A stretch of 41,433 bases of DNA from an uncultured Candidatus Saccharibacteria bacterium. GTDB lineage: Bacteria > Patescibacteriota > UBA1384 > XYA2-FULL-43-10. Positions 26,178 to 35,239 of this stretch are shown piece after piece. Each line of letters opens with the position of its first letter. Positions within the stretch are counted from its first letter, which is position 1. The notes under the pieces were generated by a model. The model was not told the DNA's origin. It worked only from the letters and a program-made list of their open reading frames with translations, and made no database searches. The position numbers and the translations under genes are program-made. The DNA lies in assembly GCA_964389035.1 (NCBI GenBank), contig CAYMCH010000002.1, positions 1 through 41,433 of the forward strand. The letters run 5' to 3'.

Positions 26178-26729
26178 TTAACCTTTGCTTCCTTGAGAAG
26201 CTTTCCCATCTTTTCTTTTGATAATTTCAAAATTATATCTTATTCCTTTGCCTTTATATACTTCTGGAGGTCTAACCTCACGTATTTTTGCGGCAAAATT
26301 ACCTACGACTTGGGAATCAATGCCTTGAATTATGATCGAATTTTTAACTATATTTACTTCCACTCCGCTAGGAATGGTTAAAGCAATTTCATGAGAATAA
26401 CCCATACTTAATATAATATTCTGACCTTCTATTCTTGCACGATAACCTGTACCTTTAAATTCAAGAACTTTTTTGATGCCGTCAGATAGTCCTGTTATGG
26501 CATTTGCAATCAAACGAGCATTTAACCCGTGTAATGATTTAGTAATTTTTTGCTCATTTTTTCTACTAACACAAATTGTATCTGATTCTATTTTGGCTTT
26601 TAAAGAAAATGGCAATTCAATTGTTTGTTCGCCTTTGCTTGACTTTAAAACAACTCTATTAGAATTAATCTCAACAGATACACCTTCGTTCACTTTTATT
26701 GGTCTATTACCTACCCTAGACATTACCAT
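26178..26729 (-). CDS. rplF: 50S ribosomal protein L6
   Basis: MSRVGNRPIKV...GYSHEI...KGKGIRY. An alternative ATG at 26723 gives the canonical MSR start. Confidence 0.93.
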   Translation of the reverse strand: MVMSRVGNRPIKVNEGVSVEINSNRVVLKSSKGEQTIELPFSLKAKIESDTICVSRKNEQKITKSLHGLNARLIANAITGLSDGIKKVLEFKGTGYRARIEGQNIILSMGYSHEIALTIPSGVEVNIVKNSIIIQGIDSQVVGNFAAKIREVRPPEVYKGKGIRYNFEIIKRKDGKASQGSKG

Positions 26730-27100
26730 ACCTCACAAATTAATTCGCCACCAGTATTTGCTTTAGCAGCATCTTTTCCAGAAATAACACCTTTGGGTGT
26801 GGAAATAATTATCAATCCCATACCTCTTAAAGGTTTTGGAAGGTCTTTTTTAGCAACATATATTCTTTGCCCAGGTTTGCTCAATCTTCGAATGTGGCTA
26901 ATATTTGATTCTTTGATGCTTACATGTAAATATTTAATATTGTTGATGGATTTAACTTCAAAATTATCAATATAGCCATGTTTCTTCATCACGTTTAAAA
27001 TTGCTTCCTTGAATTTTGAATAAGGAATAACAACATTACTCTTGTGTGAAGCGTAAGCGTTTCTTATTCTTGTTATTAAATCTGCAATTGGGTCTGACAT
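26723..27100 (-). CDS. rpsH: 30S ribosomal protein S8
   Basis: MSDPIADLITRIRNA...STPKGVISGKDAAKANTGGELICEVW. Confidence 0.95.
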   Translation of the reverse strand: MSDPIADLITRIRNAYASHKSNVVIPYSKFKEAILNVMKKHGYIDNFEVKSINNIKYLHVSIKESNISHIRRLSKPGQRIYVAKKDLPKPLRGMGLIIISTPKGVISGKDAAKANTGGELICEVW

Positions 27101-27135
27101 ATTGATCCTCTATTTATGGCTATATAATGATAATA

Positions 27136-27321
27136 TTACCAGCTGGATTTGGTTATACCAGGAATTTCATTTTTTCCAGCTGCTTCGCGAAAACAAATTC
27201 GACACATGTCGTACTTACGATAAAATGCTCTTGGTCTGCCACAAAGCTTGCATCTTCTGACGATTCTTGTGGAAAATTTAGGTGTTCTATTCGCTTTTAC
27301 TATCATTGATTTTTTGGCCAT
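27136..27321 (-). CDS. rpsZ: 30S ribosomal protein S14, type Z (zinc form)
   Basis: 61 aa. [23 protein letters not shown]. Confidence 0.93.
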   Translation of the reverse strand: MAKKSMIVKANRTPKFSTRIVRRCKLCGRPRAFYRKYDMCRICFREAAGKNEIPGITKSSW

Positions 27322-27349
27322 TTTTTTCTTATTTAATTAAATAATATAA

Positions 27350-27892
27350 TTATTCTTTTTCGAATTTAAATCCAACTTTTTCTAATAAAGCTTTAGCATG
27401 TGCAGTATTTTTTGCACTGGTCATGATGTTGATCTGAAAACCAAAAATTCGTGTATTGCCTTCGTATTTAGATTCGGGCATAATAATATGTTCGCTAATT
27501 CCTATGCTGTAATTACCGTTACCATCAAAAGAACTATTCTTAAGACCCTTAAAATCTCTGACTCGTGGAAGTGCTACATTAACCAGTTTGGAGATGAAAT
27601 CATACATTCGATCACCTCTTAAGGTGACTGTTAAGCCGATAGGTTGTCCTATTCTTAATTTAAATGATGATACAGCTTTGCGCGATTTATTCGTTTTAGG
27701 TAATTGACCGGTAATTTCTGCTAAAGCCTGGCGAATTTCTTCAATTGCACTGGCATCTTCTTTAATACTACCTGTTTTAGAGCTTATCACAACTTTTTTG
27801 ATTTCTGGAACTGCGCAGATATTATCAATGTTAAGCTCTTTTTTAAGATCTGTTTTATATGAATTTAAATATTTATCCTTTAAATCTGACAT
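27350..27892 (-). CDS. rplE: 50S ribosomal protein L5
   Basis: VPEIKKVVIS...KLRIGQPIGLTVTLRGDRMYDF...FDGNGNYSIGISE. Confidence 0.94.
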   Translation of the reverse strand: MSDLKDKYLNSYKTDLKKELNIDNICAVPEIKKVVISSKTGSIKEDASAIEEIRQALAEITGQLPKTNKSRKAVSSFKLRIGQPIGLTVTLRGDRMYDFISKLVNVALPRVRDFKGLKNSSFDGNGNYSIGISEHIIMPESKYEGNTRIFGFQINIMTSAKNTAHAKALLEKVGFKFEKE

Positions 27893-28221
27893 TATTCAGC
27901 TCCTAACTCAACGCTTTTTTTACATTTTTTGCAAGTTCTAATTTTGCTATCTGCATCAATGTTGAATTCAATTTTTGATAATTTCCCACAGTTTGGGCAG
28001 ATCAGCATTACATTGGATACATCAATAGGTTTGTTAAGGTCAATTATTCCACCTGAAGGATATTTTTTGCTAGGTTTAACATGTTTTTTATACATATTGA
28101 TACCTTTAACAACAATTTTCCCTTCATGAGAAAAAACATTTTCAACAACACCGCTCTTACCGTTATCTTTTCCGGTAAGAATTTTTACTGTATCACCTTT
28201 TTTGATTCGTATCTTTTTCAT
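27892..28221 (-). CDS. rplX: 50S ribosomal protein L24 (Cys-containing C-terminus)
   Basis: KOW motif IKKGDTVKILTGKDNGKSGVV. Start placed at the ATG at 28221, after the rplN stop. The C-terminus carries CPNCG...CKKCK. Confidence 0.9.
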   Translation of the reverse strand: MKKIRIKKGDTVKILTGKDNGKSGVVENVFSHEGKIVVKGINMYKKHVKPSKKYPSGGIIDLNKPIDVSNVMLICPNCGKLSKIEFNIDADSKIRTCKKCKKSVELGAE

Positions 28222-28222
28222 C

Positions 28223-28588
28223 TTATAAAACATCTTGTGCTAATGAAATAATCTTCATAAATTTACTGCGCAATTCTCTGGCAACTGGTCCAAAGATTCT
28301 AGTACCCCGTGGTAAATTATCTTTGTCTATAATGACAGCGGCATTTTCATCAAATCTAATATAAGAACCATCTTCTCTAGCCTGTTCTTTTCTGGTGCGG
28401 ACTATCACTGCTCTGACAACTTCTTTTTTCTTAACATTACCTCTCGGGATTGCTTCTTTAACAGATGCTGTAATTATATCGCCTATTCTAGCTGTCTTGA
28501 GTTTTTTGTGTCCTAGCACAGTGATACATTCTATCACTTTGGCGCCGGTATTGTCAGCAACTTTTAATTTTGTTCCTTGTTGTATCAT
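28223..28588 (-). CDS. rplN: 50S ribosomal protein L14
   Basis: [17 protein letters not shown]...[12 protein letters not shown]...[12 protein letters not shown]. Confidence 0.96.
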   Translation of the reverse strand: MIQQGTKLKVADNTGAKVIECITVLGHKKLKTARIGDIITASVKEAIPRGNVKKKEVVRAVIVRTRKEQAREDGSYIRFDENAAVIIDKDNLPRGTRIFGPVARELRSKFMKIISLAQDVL

Positions 28589-28589
28589 T

Positions 28590-28844
28590 TTATGAAATCT
28601 TATTAATCACGATATATTTTTTATCTTTTGAAATCGGTTTAGTGGGGGCAATTTCGACTGTATCGCCGTTTTTATATTCATTTTTTTCGTCGTGAGCTTT
28701 ATATTTTTTATTGAGAGTATATTTTTTGTGATATAAATTATGAGTCTTGACGCGTTCTATATCAACAACCACTGTTTTATCCATGATGTCGCTTATAACT
28801 TTTCCTCTAATAACTTTTATCTTTTTTTCAACACTTTTTGTCAT
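28590..28844 (-). CDS. rpsQ: 30S ribosomal protein S17
   Basis: [40 protein letters not shown]...GDTVEI. ATG at 28844 lies just after the rpmC stop. Confidence 0.92.
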   Translation of the reverse strand: MTKSVEKKIKVIRGKVISDIMDKTVVVDIERVKTHNLYHKKYTLNKKYKAHDEKNEYKNGDTVEIAPTKPISKDKKYIVINKIS

Positions 28845-28845
28845 A

Positions 28846-29049
28846 TTATTCTCCACGTTTCTGATTAAGAATTGTCATAATCTGAGCTACATATATTCTG
28901 CTTTTCTTTAAATCAGATATTTTCATCCCTTTCTTACTCTCTGACTCTATCCGAAATTTTTGCTCATCTAAAGAGGCTTTATTAAGTTCTTTTTCAAGCT
29001 CACTTTGAGTCATATTCTGTAATTTTTCTAGCGTTTCGTGCTTTTTCAT
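28846..29049 (-). CDS. rpmC: 50S ribosomal protein L29
   Basis: 67 aa, helical, with the LEKELNKA...R pattern. Position between rplP and rpsQ is conserved. Confidence 0.85.
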   Translation of the reverse strand: MKKHETLEKLQNMTQSELEKELNKASLDEQKFRIESESKKGMKISDLKKSRIYVAQIMTILNQKRGE

Positions 29050-29460
29050 TTAATCCTCTTTTTGTATAAAGGTAGTTTTTAATGACATTTTATGTGAAGC
29101 TAATCTTAATGCCTCTTTGGCAATATCATGAGGTACACCATCTAGCTCGTAAATTATTTTTCCGGGTCGTACTACGGCTGCAAAGTGATCAACTGTACCC
29201 TTTCCGCTTCCCATCGGAGTTTCTGCTGAAGTAGAGGTAATGGGTTTGTCGGGAAAAATTCTAATCCAAACCTGTCCTCCTCTTTTGATGTATCTGGTGA
29301 TAGCTCTACGACCTGCTTCAATTTGCCTTGCTGATACCCAACCTGTTCCCTGAGATTTAAGAGCAAACTTGCCGAAACAAATTTCACTTCCACGTGAAGC
29401 CATGCCACGTCTTTTGCCGCGTTGCTGTTTTCTAAATTTCATTTTTTTAGGCATTAACAT
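29050..29460 (-). CDS. rplP: 50S ribosomal protein L16
   Basis: [19 protein letters not shown]...[29 protein letters not shown]. Confidence 0.96.
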   Translation of the reverse strand: MLMPKKMKFRKQQRGKRRGMASRGSEICFGKFALKSQGTGWVSARQIEAGRRAITRYIKRGGQVWIRIFPDKPITSTSAETPMGSGKGTVDHFAAVVRPGKIIYELDGVPHDIAKEALRLASHKMSLKTTFIQKED

Positions 29461-29470
29461 AGCTTACTCC

Positions 29471-30127
29471 TTATCTCTTTGATGAACGTGGTTTCTCAAT
29501 AATATCTTTAGTCTTGCCTTTGTATATCCAAACTTTAATTCCAATGATACCGTAAGTAGTCAAGGCGGTGACATATGCGTAATCGATAACTGAATCAAAA
29601 CTAGATAATGGTACTGTGCCGTTGGAGAATTTTTCTTTTCTGGCAATTTCGGCGCCATTTAGTCTACCAGCAATTTCGATCTTAATACCCATGGCTCCAG
29701 ATTCTTTTGCTCTTTCTAGTGATTGCTTAATGGCTCTTCTAAAAGGGATTCTTTTTTCTATTTGTGATGCAATAGATTGAGCAACATACATGGCATCTGA
29801 ATCAGGAGTTTTCACTTCAATAATATTTACCTTAGCCTTAAGCCCTGTAATTTTATGAACTATACCTTTAATTTTATCACTGCCAGAACCGCCTCTACCA
29901 ATAAGTACACCTGGTCTTGCAGTATGAATATTAACTTCGATTTGGTTGACATTTCGATTAATTATCACGTCAGAGATGGAGGCACTCCTAAAATCGGCAA
30001 AAAGTTTTCGACGTAATGTGATATCTTCTATCAAATTATGACCAAAATTTCCTCTTCCGAACCACAGAGACTTCCAGCTCTGGTTGATCTTCAATCTTAT
30101 TGATTGTGGGCTTACTTTAGCTCCCAT
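29471..30127 (-). CDS. rpsC: 30S ribosomal protein S3
   Basis: MGAKVSPQSIRL, KH domain (ARPGVLIGRGGS), and C-terminal domain GRLNGAEIAR.E....G.VPL. Confidence 0.95.
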   Translation of the reverse strand: MGAKVSPQSIRLKINQSWKSLWFGRGNFGHNLIEDITLRRKLFADFRSASISDVIINRNVNQIEVNIHTARPGVLIGRGGSGSDKIKGIVHKITGLKAKVNIIEVKTPDSDAMYVAQSIASQIEKRIPFRRAIKQSLERAKESGAMGIKIEIAGRLNGAEIARKEKFSNGTVPLSSFDSVIDYAYVTALTTYGIIGIKVWIYKGKTKDIIEKPRSSKR

Positions 30128-30143
30128 AATATTACCTAGTTAA

Positions 30144-30578
30144 TTATTTATCTAATTTTACTTTCTTAATATCTGCAGTTTTAGTGTTTTTTTCTTGTAA
30201 ATCTGAATTAGTCGTTACTGTCTCTTTTTTCTCAATCTTTTTATTTTCTGCGGAATCTGAAATTGTTATGGATAGATGAGATGATCTTTTTTGGATTCTG
30301 GTAGTTCTACCTCGAGCTTTAAATCTGTGTCGTTTTAGTGTTTGTGCTTCATCGCATTTAGCAATTTTAACAATTAAATTTTCTTCATTCATCTCATGCT
30401 CAACTGCAGCTGCAATTCCGGATTTTACTAACTGATATAATTCATAAGAACAACTTTTATTTGTAAATTTAAGTATATCAAGAGCATCTTTAGCAATTTT
30501 GCCTCGAATGATAAGTAGAACCGGTCTGATTTTTCGTGGCGATGTTCTTATGTTTTTTAATTTTACTGCAACTTCCAT
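30144..30578 (-). CDS. rplV: 50S ribosomal protein L22 (C-terminal extension)
   Basis: NIRTSPRKIRPVLLIIRGK...AKCDEAQTLKRHRFKARGRTTRIQKRSSHLSI, then a ~35-aa Lys-rich tail. Confidence 0.92.
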   Translation of the reverse strand: MEVAVKLKNIRTSPRKIRPVLLIIRGKIAKDALDILKFTNKSCSYELYQLVKSGIAAAVEHEMNEENLIVKIAKCDEAQTLKRHRFKARGRTTRIQKRSSHLSITISDSAENKKIEKKETVTTNSDLQEKNTKTADIKKVKLDK

Positions 30579-30616
30579 GATATTATACTTTCAATCAATT
30601 TGATAATTTAATTATC

Positions 30617-30904
30617 TTATTTTCCTTTGGCTTGTTCTTTGGCCATTTTCCCACCATGACTTCTAAATTTTCTAGTTGGAGAAAATTCACCAAGTTTATG
30701 TCCCACCATGTCTTCAATAATAAAAACAGGAACATGTTCTTTGCCATTATGTACTGCTATAGTGACACCAACCATCTCAGGAGAGATAGTGCAAGCTCGC
30801 GACCATGTTTTAATGGGATTGCGACTATTGGAATCCTTAGCTTTTACAACTTTGTTTAATAGCCTTTCATCAATGTAAGGCCCTTTTTTCAATGATCTTG
30901 ACAT
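30617..30904 (-). CDS. rpsS: 30S ribosomal protein S19
   Basis: [16 protein letters not shown]...[35 protein letters not shown]. Confidence 0.96.
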   Translation of the reverse strand: MSRSLKKGPYIDERLLNKVVKAKDSNSRNPIKTWSRACTISPEMVGVTIAVHNGKEHVPVFIIEDMVGHKLGEFSPTRKFRSHGGKMAKEQAKGK

Positions 30905-31731
30905 TATTTCCTTCTTCTCACAATTAATTCAGAAGTTGGTTTTTTCTTTTTCCTTGTTTTATGTCCTAAAGCAGGCATTCCCCATGGAGTTTTCGGTCTA
31001 ACCATACCAATGGAAGTATTGCCTTCTCCACCACCATGAGGATGATCGCAAGGGTTCTTAGCCTTTCCACGGACATGTGGTCTTTTACCCATAAGTCTAA
31101 ATCTGCCAGCTTTTGAAACTGTAACTTTGTTGTGCTCAATATTCGATACAACTCCGATTGATGCAAAACAATTTGATGATAATTTTCTAACTTCGCCTGA
31201 AGGCATCTTGATTTGAGAAAATTCATCATCTGTTCCAAGTAAAATAACGTAGTTACCGGCTGATTTAGCAATCTGACCTCCTCTGCCAGGGTCTAACTCC
31301 ACATTGTAAATTTGAGTTGAGGCTGGGATATTTTTAATTCTCAAGCGATTACCTGTTTTAATAGGAGTAGAATCATCACAAATAATACTATTACCAGTTT
31401 TAATCCCGCTGGGAGCAAGTAAATATGATTTGGTATCGTCTTCATATTTTACCAATAAGATATTAGCAGTTCTGTTTGGATCGTATTCTACTGCAACTAC
31501 CTCTGCTTTTTTACCAAGATGAGCGGTTTGCTTAAAATCTACATTGCGGTAAATTTTACGAAAACCTCCACCTCTATTTTGTGCTGTAATTACACCTCTG
31601 TTGTTTCTGCCTGAATTTTTAGCCATACCAAAACATAAAGATTTTTCACGTTTCTTTTTATCAGTATTATTTTTCAAAACTGAATATTGTCTTCTGGCGT
31701 TTGTGGTAGATTTTACTTTTATTACAGGCAT
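30904..31731 (-). CDS. rplB: 50S ribosomal protein L2
   Basis: 275 aa. GRNNRG.IT...GGG....YR, SEVRKL, and [16 protein letters not shown]. Confidence 0.96.
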   Translation of the reverse strand: MPVIKVKSTTNARRQYSVLKNNTDKKKREKSLCFGMAKNSGRNNRGVITAQNRGGGFRKIYRNVDFKQTAHLGKKAEVVAVEYDPNRTANILLVKYEDDTKSYLLAPSGIKTGNSIICDDSTPIKTGNRLRIKNIPASTQIYNVELDPGRGGQIAKSAGNYVILLGTDDEFSQIKMPSGEVRKLSSNCFASIGVVSNIEHNKVTVSKAGRFRLMGKRPHVRGKAKNPCDHPHGGGEGNTSIGMVRPKTPWGMPALGHKTRKKKKPTSELIVRRRK

Positions 31732-31746
31732 AATTTATTGTAGAAA

Positions 31747-32151
31747 TTACTTATTAAGTTTATCTTCTTTAGTTTTTTCAATTTTCTTTGTTTTTTCTTT
31801 ATTATCTACTGTTGTTAATTTTTTTTTCTCGGGCTTTTCTTCTTTTTCGGCTTCGAATAATGATATCTTCTGACCTTTTTTGAGTGTAACTATAAATTTT
31901 TTTACATTGTTTCTCGTGCCTAATTTTCCTTTTACTCTCTTTACTTTGCCTTTAATGCTAAGGCTATTAATTTTTTCAACCTTAACCTTAAAAACATTTT
32001 CAATATAATCTTTTGCTTCTATTTTATCGGTTTTAAAATTACCGATAAAGCTAAATTTACCATTAGAGCTGGCAGAAAAACTTTTTTCAGAAATTAAAGG
32101 TTTTTTAATTATTTGTTTCACTCTGCTCCTTGATAATTTTGCTGGTGTCAA
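31747..32151 (-). CDS. rplW: 50S ribosomal protein L23 (C-terminal extension)
   Basis: IIKKPLISEKS...FKVKVEKINSLSIKGKVKR...KKFIVTLKKGQKI. The track start is TTG at 32151. A GTG at 32120 is an alternative. Both overlap the rplD end. Confidence 0.88.
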   Translation of the reverse strand: MTPAKLSRSRVKQIIKKPLISEKSFSASSNGKFSFIGNFKTDKIEAKDYIENVFKVKVEKINSLSIKGKVKRVKGKLGTRNNVKKFIVTLKKGQKISLFEAEKEEKPEKKKLTTVDNKEKTKKIEKTKEDKLNK

Positions 32152-32755
32152 AATATTCTTTAAATCCGGATTGGCTAAATATAACTTTATCAGAAGATGC
32201 TAAAATAACTATATTTTGATGATTCTTTGACATTAATGTGGTATAAGCTAAGTTTCGGTAAGCCATAGCTTGACCCAATTCTTCTTCAGAAAAAATAATT
32301 GAAATTTTACCTTCAATACCCATTTCTTCTAGCAAGGCCTCAGCATTTTTTGTTTTGGTAATATTATTTAATAAATCTTCAATAATGACAATATTATTAT
32401 TCTCAGCAAATTGATTTAAAATGGCAAATCTAGCATATTTACGGAATTTTTTTGGATGATTAAGCCAAAAATTTCTTTCTGCAGATGGACCAAATGTTAC
32501 ACCGCCACCTACCCATAAAGGTGATCTGGAAGAACCGTGTCGGGCACGTCCTGTCCCTTTTTGTCTCCAAGGTTTTTTGCCTCCCCCAGATACTTCGCTT
32601 CTGTCTTTAGTATTGGCAATTGGTGAGCGCATAGCGCTTCTGACAAAATTTATATATTCTGATATTACGGAATTATTTTTTGCTGAAATTACTTCTTCTG
32701 GCAGTTTTACAGTTTTGGCATCTTTATTAGTTTTTGATAAGACTTTGATATTCAT
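32105..32755 (-). CDS. rplD: 50S ribosomal protein L4
   Basis: SGGGKKPWRQKGTGRARHGSSRSPLWVGGGVTFGP. Start placed at the ATG at 32755, downstream of the rplC stop. The track ORF extends to 32782. Confidence 0.94.
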   Translation of the reverse strand: MNIKVLSKTNKDAKTVKLPEEVISAKNNSVISEYINFVRSAMRSPIANTKDRSEVSGGGKKPWRQKGTGRARHGSSRSPLWVGGGVTFGPSAERNFWLNHPKKFRKYARFAILNQFAENNNIVIIEDLLNNITKTKNAEALLEEMGIEGKISIIFSEEELGQAMAYRNLAYTTLMSKNHQNIVILASSDKVIFSQSGFKEYFDTSKIIKEQSETNN

Positions 32756-32759
32756 TGTT

Positions 32760-33329
32760 TTATTCCGATATGATTTTAACAACTTTATTTTTTGATCCGG
32801 AAATTGATCCAGAAACAGCGATAATACCTTCCTGTGAATTCACTGACATAATTTTTAAATTTTTGATGGTACAATTAGTTCCGCCCATACGACCGGCCAT
32901 CTTTCTACCTAAAACAACTCTTTGTGGATATCCGCCACCAATAGAACCAGGCTTACGAATATTGTGAGAGCCATGAGTTACTGGACCACGATGAAAACCA
33001 TGTCTTTTGATGGTACCTGCAAAACCTTTGCCTTTTGTCTTTGATTCTACACAAACGGTATCATTTTCTAAAAAAGATGTAGCATCTATTTTGTCTCCAA
33101 CTTTATATTTAGATGTATCAGCAACTCTAAATTCGTATAATTTTGGTAAAGAGTTTTTTTTATCAGAATTAACATTTACAACCACCGCATTGTAACCATC
33201 TTTAGAATTATTAGTTTTAATTCGAGATATTTCTGAATTAGAACATTTCAGCAAAGTCACAGCAACATGTTTGCCCTGTTTGTCAAAAATTCTTGTCATA
33301 CCTATTTTTTTGGTAATTGCAAATTTCAT
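32760..33329 (-). CDS. rplC: 50S ribosomal protein L3
   Basis: MKFAITKKIGMTRIFD...GKGFAGTIKRHGFHRGPVTHGSHNIRKPGSIGG. Start placed at the ATG at 33329. The 28-codon upstream extension in the track runs through a hairpin-rich spacer and looks spurious. Confidence 0.93.
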   Translation of the reverse strand: MKFAITKKIGMTRIFDKQGKHVAVTLLKCSNSEISRIKTNNSKDGYNAVVVNVNSDKKNSLPKLYEFRVADTSKYKVGDKIDATSFLENDTVCVESKTKGKGFAGTIKRHGFHRGPVTHGSHNIRKPGSIGGGYPQRVVLGRKMAGRMGGTNCTIKNLKIMSVNSQEGIIAVSGSISGSKNKVVKIISE

Positions 33330-33481
33330 GTATAGCTTATAAATGATTAACCTAATTAAACAAATAGTGGCCTCGGAACCTTCCCGATGGGTCGGGATGT
33401 TATCCATGGCCAAGCTGTGTTTACAGCTTGCAATCGTTAGAATAATGAATTCTAGCGACTGCTAAGCTAGAAACTAGCTTA
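33330..33481 (-). other. hairpin-rich, relatively GC-rich spacer between rpsJ and rplC (possible regulatory/processing RNA element)
   Basis: Three clean stems in plus coordinates: AAGCTAG-aaa-CTAGCTT (33464-33480), CAAGCTGT-gttt-ACAGCTTG (33411-33430), and CCCGA-tggg-TCGGG (33383-33396), the last flanked by TGGCC/GGCCA. Confidence 0.35.
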
Positions 33482-33805
33482 CTACATTTTTATCTCAATG
33501 TCAACGCCTGCTGGAAGATCTAGACCCATTAGATTATCAATTGTTTTTGGTGTAGGATTGATTACATCAATTAATCTTTTATGAACACGCATTTCAAATT
33601 GCTCTCGGCTGTCTTTGTGTACATGGGGTGACTTAATAACTGTAACTTTGCTTATCTCAACAGGCAATGGTACGGGACCAGTTATTTCAGCACCTGAACG
33701 CTGAACAGTCTCAATAATTTGCTTAGATGATTTGTCAATAATGCGATGATCGTAGGCACGTAATTTGATGCGAATTTTTTGCTTGATCTCCTTGGTAGCT
33801 GGCAT
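33482..33805 (-). CDS. rpsJ: 30S ribosomal protein S10
   Basis: [38 protein letters not shown]...[24 protein letters not shown]. Confidence 0.96.
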   Translation of the reverse strand: MPATKEIKQKIRIKLRAYDHRIIDKSSKQIIETVQRSGAEITGPVPLPVEISKVTVIKSPHVHKDSREQFEMRVHKRLIDVINPTPKTIDNLMGLDLPAGVDIEIKM

Positions 33806-33816
33806 TTTAACCTTCG

Positions 33817-34995
33817 TTATTTAATAATCTTTGTAACCACACCTGCACCAACTGTCTTACCTCCTTCGCGAATAGCGAATTTAAGACCAGCATCCATAGC
33901 GATTGGAGAGATAAGAGTGACGTTTACATTTAATGTATCGCCAGGCATGGCCATCTCTTTATCAAATTTTACATCGCCGGTTACATCAGTGGTTCTAAAA
34001 TAAAATTGTGGTTTATATCCTGGAAAAAATGGAGAGTGTCTTCCACCTTCATCTTTAGTAAGTACATAAATTTCTGCATCAAACTGTGTGTGAGGTGTAA
34101 TGCTTCCTGGTTTGGCTAGAACTTGTCCTCTTTCGACATCGTCTCGCTCAATACCCCTAACAAGGACACCTACATTATCACCAGCTTGACCTTGATCGAG
34201 TAGTTTTTTAAACATCTCTACGCCAGTAACAACAGTTTTTTTAGTTGGTCTGATGCCAACTATTTCAACTTCGTCATTAACTTTTACAATACCTTGATCA
34301 ATTCTACCAGTTACTACTGTACCTCGACCTTTTATAGAAAATACGTCTTCAATAGACATTAGAAAAGGTTTATCAATTTCGCGTTTTGGTTCTGGAATTG
34401 ATTCGTCCAGTGCATCAATCAACTCTTCAATAGCTTTACTTGCATCAGCATCATCACTTAAAGCTTTTAAGGCTGAACCGCGAATAATTTTAGCGTTATC
34501 TCCATCAAATTCATACTTTGTTAAGAGCTCGCGAATTTCCATCTCCACCAGGTCTAAAATTTCTGGGTCGTCAACCATATCGCATTTATTCATAAAAACA
34601 ACAATTTGTGGAACGCCAACCTGATTAGCTAAAAGAATGTGTTCTCTGGTTTGAGGCATAGGACCATCTGCAGCTGAAACAACCAAAATAGCGCCATCCA
34701 TCTGAGCGGCACCTGTAATCATGTTCTTAACATAATCGGCATGACCAGGACAATCTACATGAGCATAATGTCTTGTAGTCGATTCATACTCTTGATGAGA
34801 AGTAGCAATAGTAATGCCACGTTCTCTTTCTTCGGGGGCATTATCGATATCTTCAAACTTTTTCTCGGCAGCCATACCCTTTTTAGCTAGAACGTGGGTA
34901 ATAGCGGCTGTTAAAGTAGTTTTACCGTGGTCAACATGACCAATAGTACCTACGTTAACATGTGGCTTTGTTCTTTCAAATTTTTCAGTAGCCAT
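33817..34995 (-). CDS. tuf: elongation factor Tu
   Basis: 392 aa. [23 protein letters not shown], and NKCD G-motifs. Confidence 0.98.
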   Translation of the reverse strand: MATEKFERTKPHVNVGTIGHVDHGKTTLTAAITHVLAKKGMAAEKKFEDIDNAPEERERGITIATSHQEYESTTRHYAHVDCPGHADYVKNMITGAAQMDGAILVVSAADGPMPQTREHILLANQVGVPQIVVFMNKCDMVDDPEILDLVEMEIRELLTKYEFDGDNAKIIRGSALKALSDDADASKAIEELIDALDESIPEPKREIDKPFLMSIEDVFSIKGRGTVVTGRIDQGIVKVNDEVEIVGIRPTKKTVVTGVEMFKKLLDQGQAGDNVGVLVRGIERDDVERGQVLAKPGSITPHTQFDAEIYVLTKDEGGRHSPFFPGYKPQFYFRTTDVTGDVKFDKEMAMPGDTLNVNVTLISPIAMDAGLKFAIREGGKTVGAGVVTKIIK

Positions 34996-35239
34996 TTAAT
35001 CTCCTTTGACACTTAGTAAATATAAATCACTTAAAAATTTCACGACTAACTCGCTAAGAGTCATTATATAATAATATTTGCAAAAACGCAAGACTTTGCA
35101 TAACTGCTTACAATGAAGTTATTGCGATGAGTGGTTTTGCGACAAAGCAATCTTTTTTAATAAATTGCCATGCCTTTCGTAAGTCAATGGTTCACAATGA
35201 CAGTAAGTGGTTATTTTAATGTAAATAAATATATGTTAA

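Noticed and set aside
29172-29408. Same-strand alternative-frame ORFs inside rplP (29172-29408), rplB (30966-31271) and fusA (35641-35907, 37072-37275).
   Set aside because: They are fully embedded in highly conserved genes in a different frame, and nothing independent in the sequence supports them.
33330-33413. N-terminal 28-codon extension of the rplC ORF in the track (MAMDNIPTHREGSEATICLIRLIIYKLY).
   Set aside because: It has no similarity to L3 and runs through the hairpin-rich spacer. The canonical L3 N-terminus MKFAITKKIGMTRIFD starts at 33329.
34996-35239. The 244-bp fusA-tuf intergenic region was inspected for a tRNA, a small RNA, or a terminator/promoter pair.
   Set aside because: Only weak 4-5-bp stems (GCAA/TTGC, ATTGC/GCAAT) and a TTGCAA...TATAAT pair with a far too short spacer. 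No cloverleaf could be folded. Nothing here can be supported.
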